A DNA stretch of 64,000 bases from Terriglobia bacterium (GTDB lineage: Bacteria; Acidobacteriota; Terriglobia; 20CM-2-55-15). The position numbers and the translations under genes were made by a program. The stretch covers positions 32,001 to 96,000 of the forward strand of contig CBDCLE010000019.1 of NCBI GenBank assembly GCA_965218585.1, read 5' to 3'. How positions within the stretch are numbered: the first letter of the stretch is position 1; every line of letters starts with the position of its first letter. The notes under the pieces are model-generated. The model searched no databases. It had not been told where the DNA came from and saw only the letters and a program-made list of their open reading frames with translations. Of this stretch, positions 63,237-64,000 are shown piece by piece.

Positions 63237-64000
63237 GTCTCGAGCGACTCCTCCATGACCTTCTCGACATACTCGGTAGGATCAACCCTCAGGACCGCTC
63301 CTGTTGGACAGGATTCTACGCATGCGGCCCGCTTACCGTTTGCACCGGGCCCTGCGGGAAGGTTCGAACAAAGGTCGCACTTTACGGTCAGTTTTTTTCT
63401 TCCTCGCTCCCCGCCGTTCGAGCCTCTCCAGCACCAAAGAAGAGACGCATGAGGAGATTGGGCGGGGGCGTCGGATCAACGGCGGCCATCTGGATCACGT
63501 CATAGGGACAGTTCGTCGCACAGTTTCCGCAACCAATGCAGTTGTCCATGATGTAGACTTCGCCGCTCGGTTTGCGACGGATCGCGTCGGGCGGGCAGTC
63601 CATCATGCACTTGGGATTCTCGCAGTGGCGACAGGAGGTCGGGATGTGCAGGGTGGCAAAAGTCGGCCCGGCCTCGCGGTCAAGACGTGACACACCACCA
63701 TGAGTCCCGGCGCAAGCCTTTTCGCAGTTGTCGCAACGGATGCAGAGCGACTCGTCTACGAGCAGAATGTCTGTGGCTTCACCGGCTCCCGCTTCCATCA
63801 GGAACTCGACGATGCCTCCGGCCCGCCGGTCGGAACTGCGAAGAGCGTTTTCGATCAAACGCTCGTTGGCCGTCTTCTTCTGCTCCCGATGGATTTCGGG
63901 GTGACGTTCATGAAAGCTGGCGATTGTGCGGGCAGGCAGACGGATGGTTTCGGTCAGGACGCTTGCCTGAACCGTCGCGTTTCTCCTGGCATCCGGAGCA
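63233..64000 (-). pseudogene. C-terminal part of a cyclic-nucleotide-binding/4Fe-4S dicluster protein; frameshift in an A7 run
   Basis: RNATV (end of cNMP domain), CIRCDNCEKAC, CRHCENPKC..CP, CIGCGNC..CP, then KCDLC and ACVESCPTG after a shift at 63392-63398. Confidence 0.8.

Overview
GC-rich bacterial chromosome segment. The gene repertoire (VWA, BON, DUF6152/DUF5916-like, sdhC-sdhA type) suggests Acidobacteriota, which is an inference. The region is IS-rich and appears to be decaying. It contains a disrupted sdh operon, a degenerate integron-like cassette array, an oxoprolinase/hydantoinase pair, a complex I operon with Mrp-like subunits in place of a canonical NuoL, alr, an osmoprotectant ABC transporter, five IS elements and a decaying multiheme cytochrome/porin cluster. 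The stand-out feature is a 2,053-bp AT-rich insertion (2199-4251) near codon 8 of sdhA. It has 24-bp terminal inverted repeats, an 8-bp target duplication and no transposase (IS1595-like, non-autonomous). Its cargo is a tRNA with a serine-type body but an arginine UCU anticodon, a probable structured ncRNA closed by a perfect 23-bp inverted repeat and containing an SD-ATG-TGA minigene, two small orphan ORFs and a secreted protein. All family assignments come from motif recognition by eye, not database searches.
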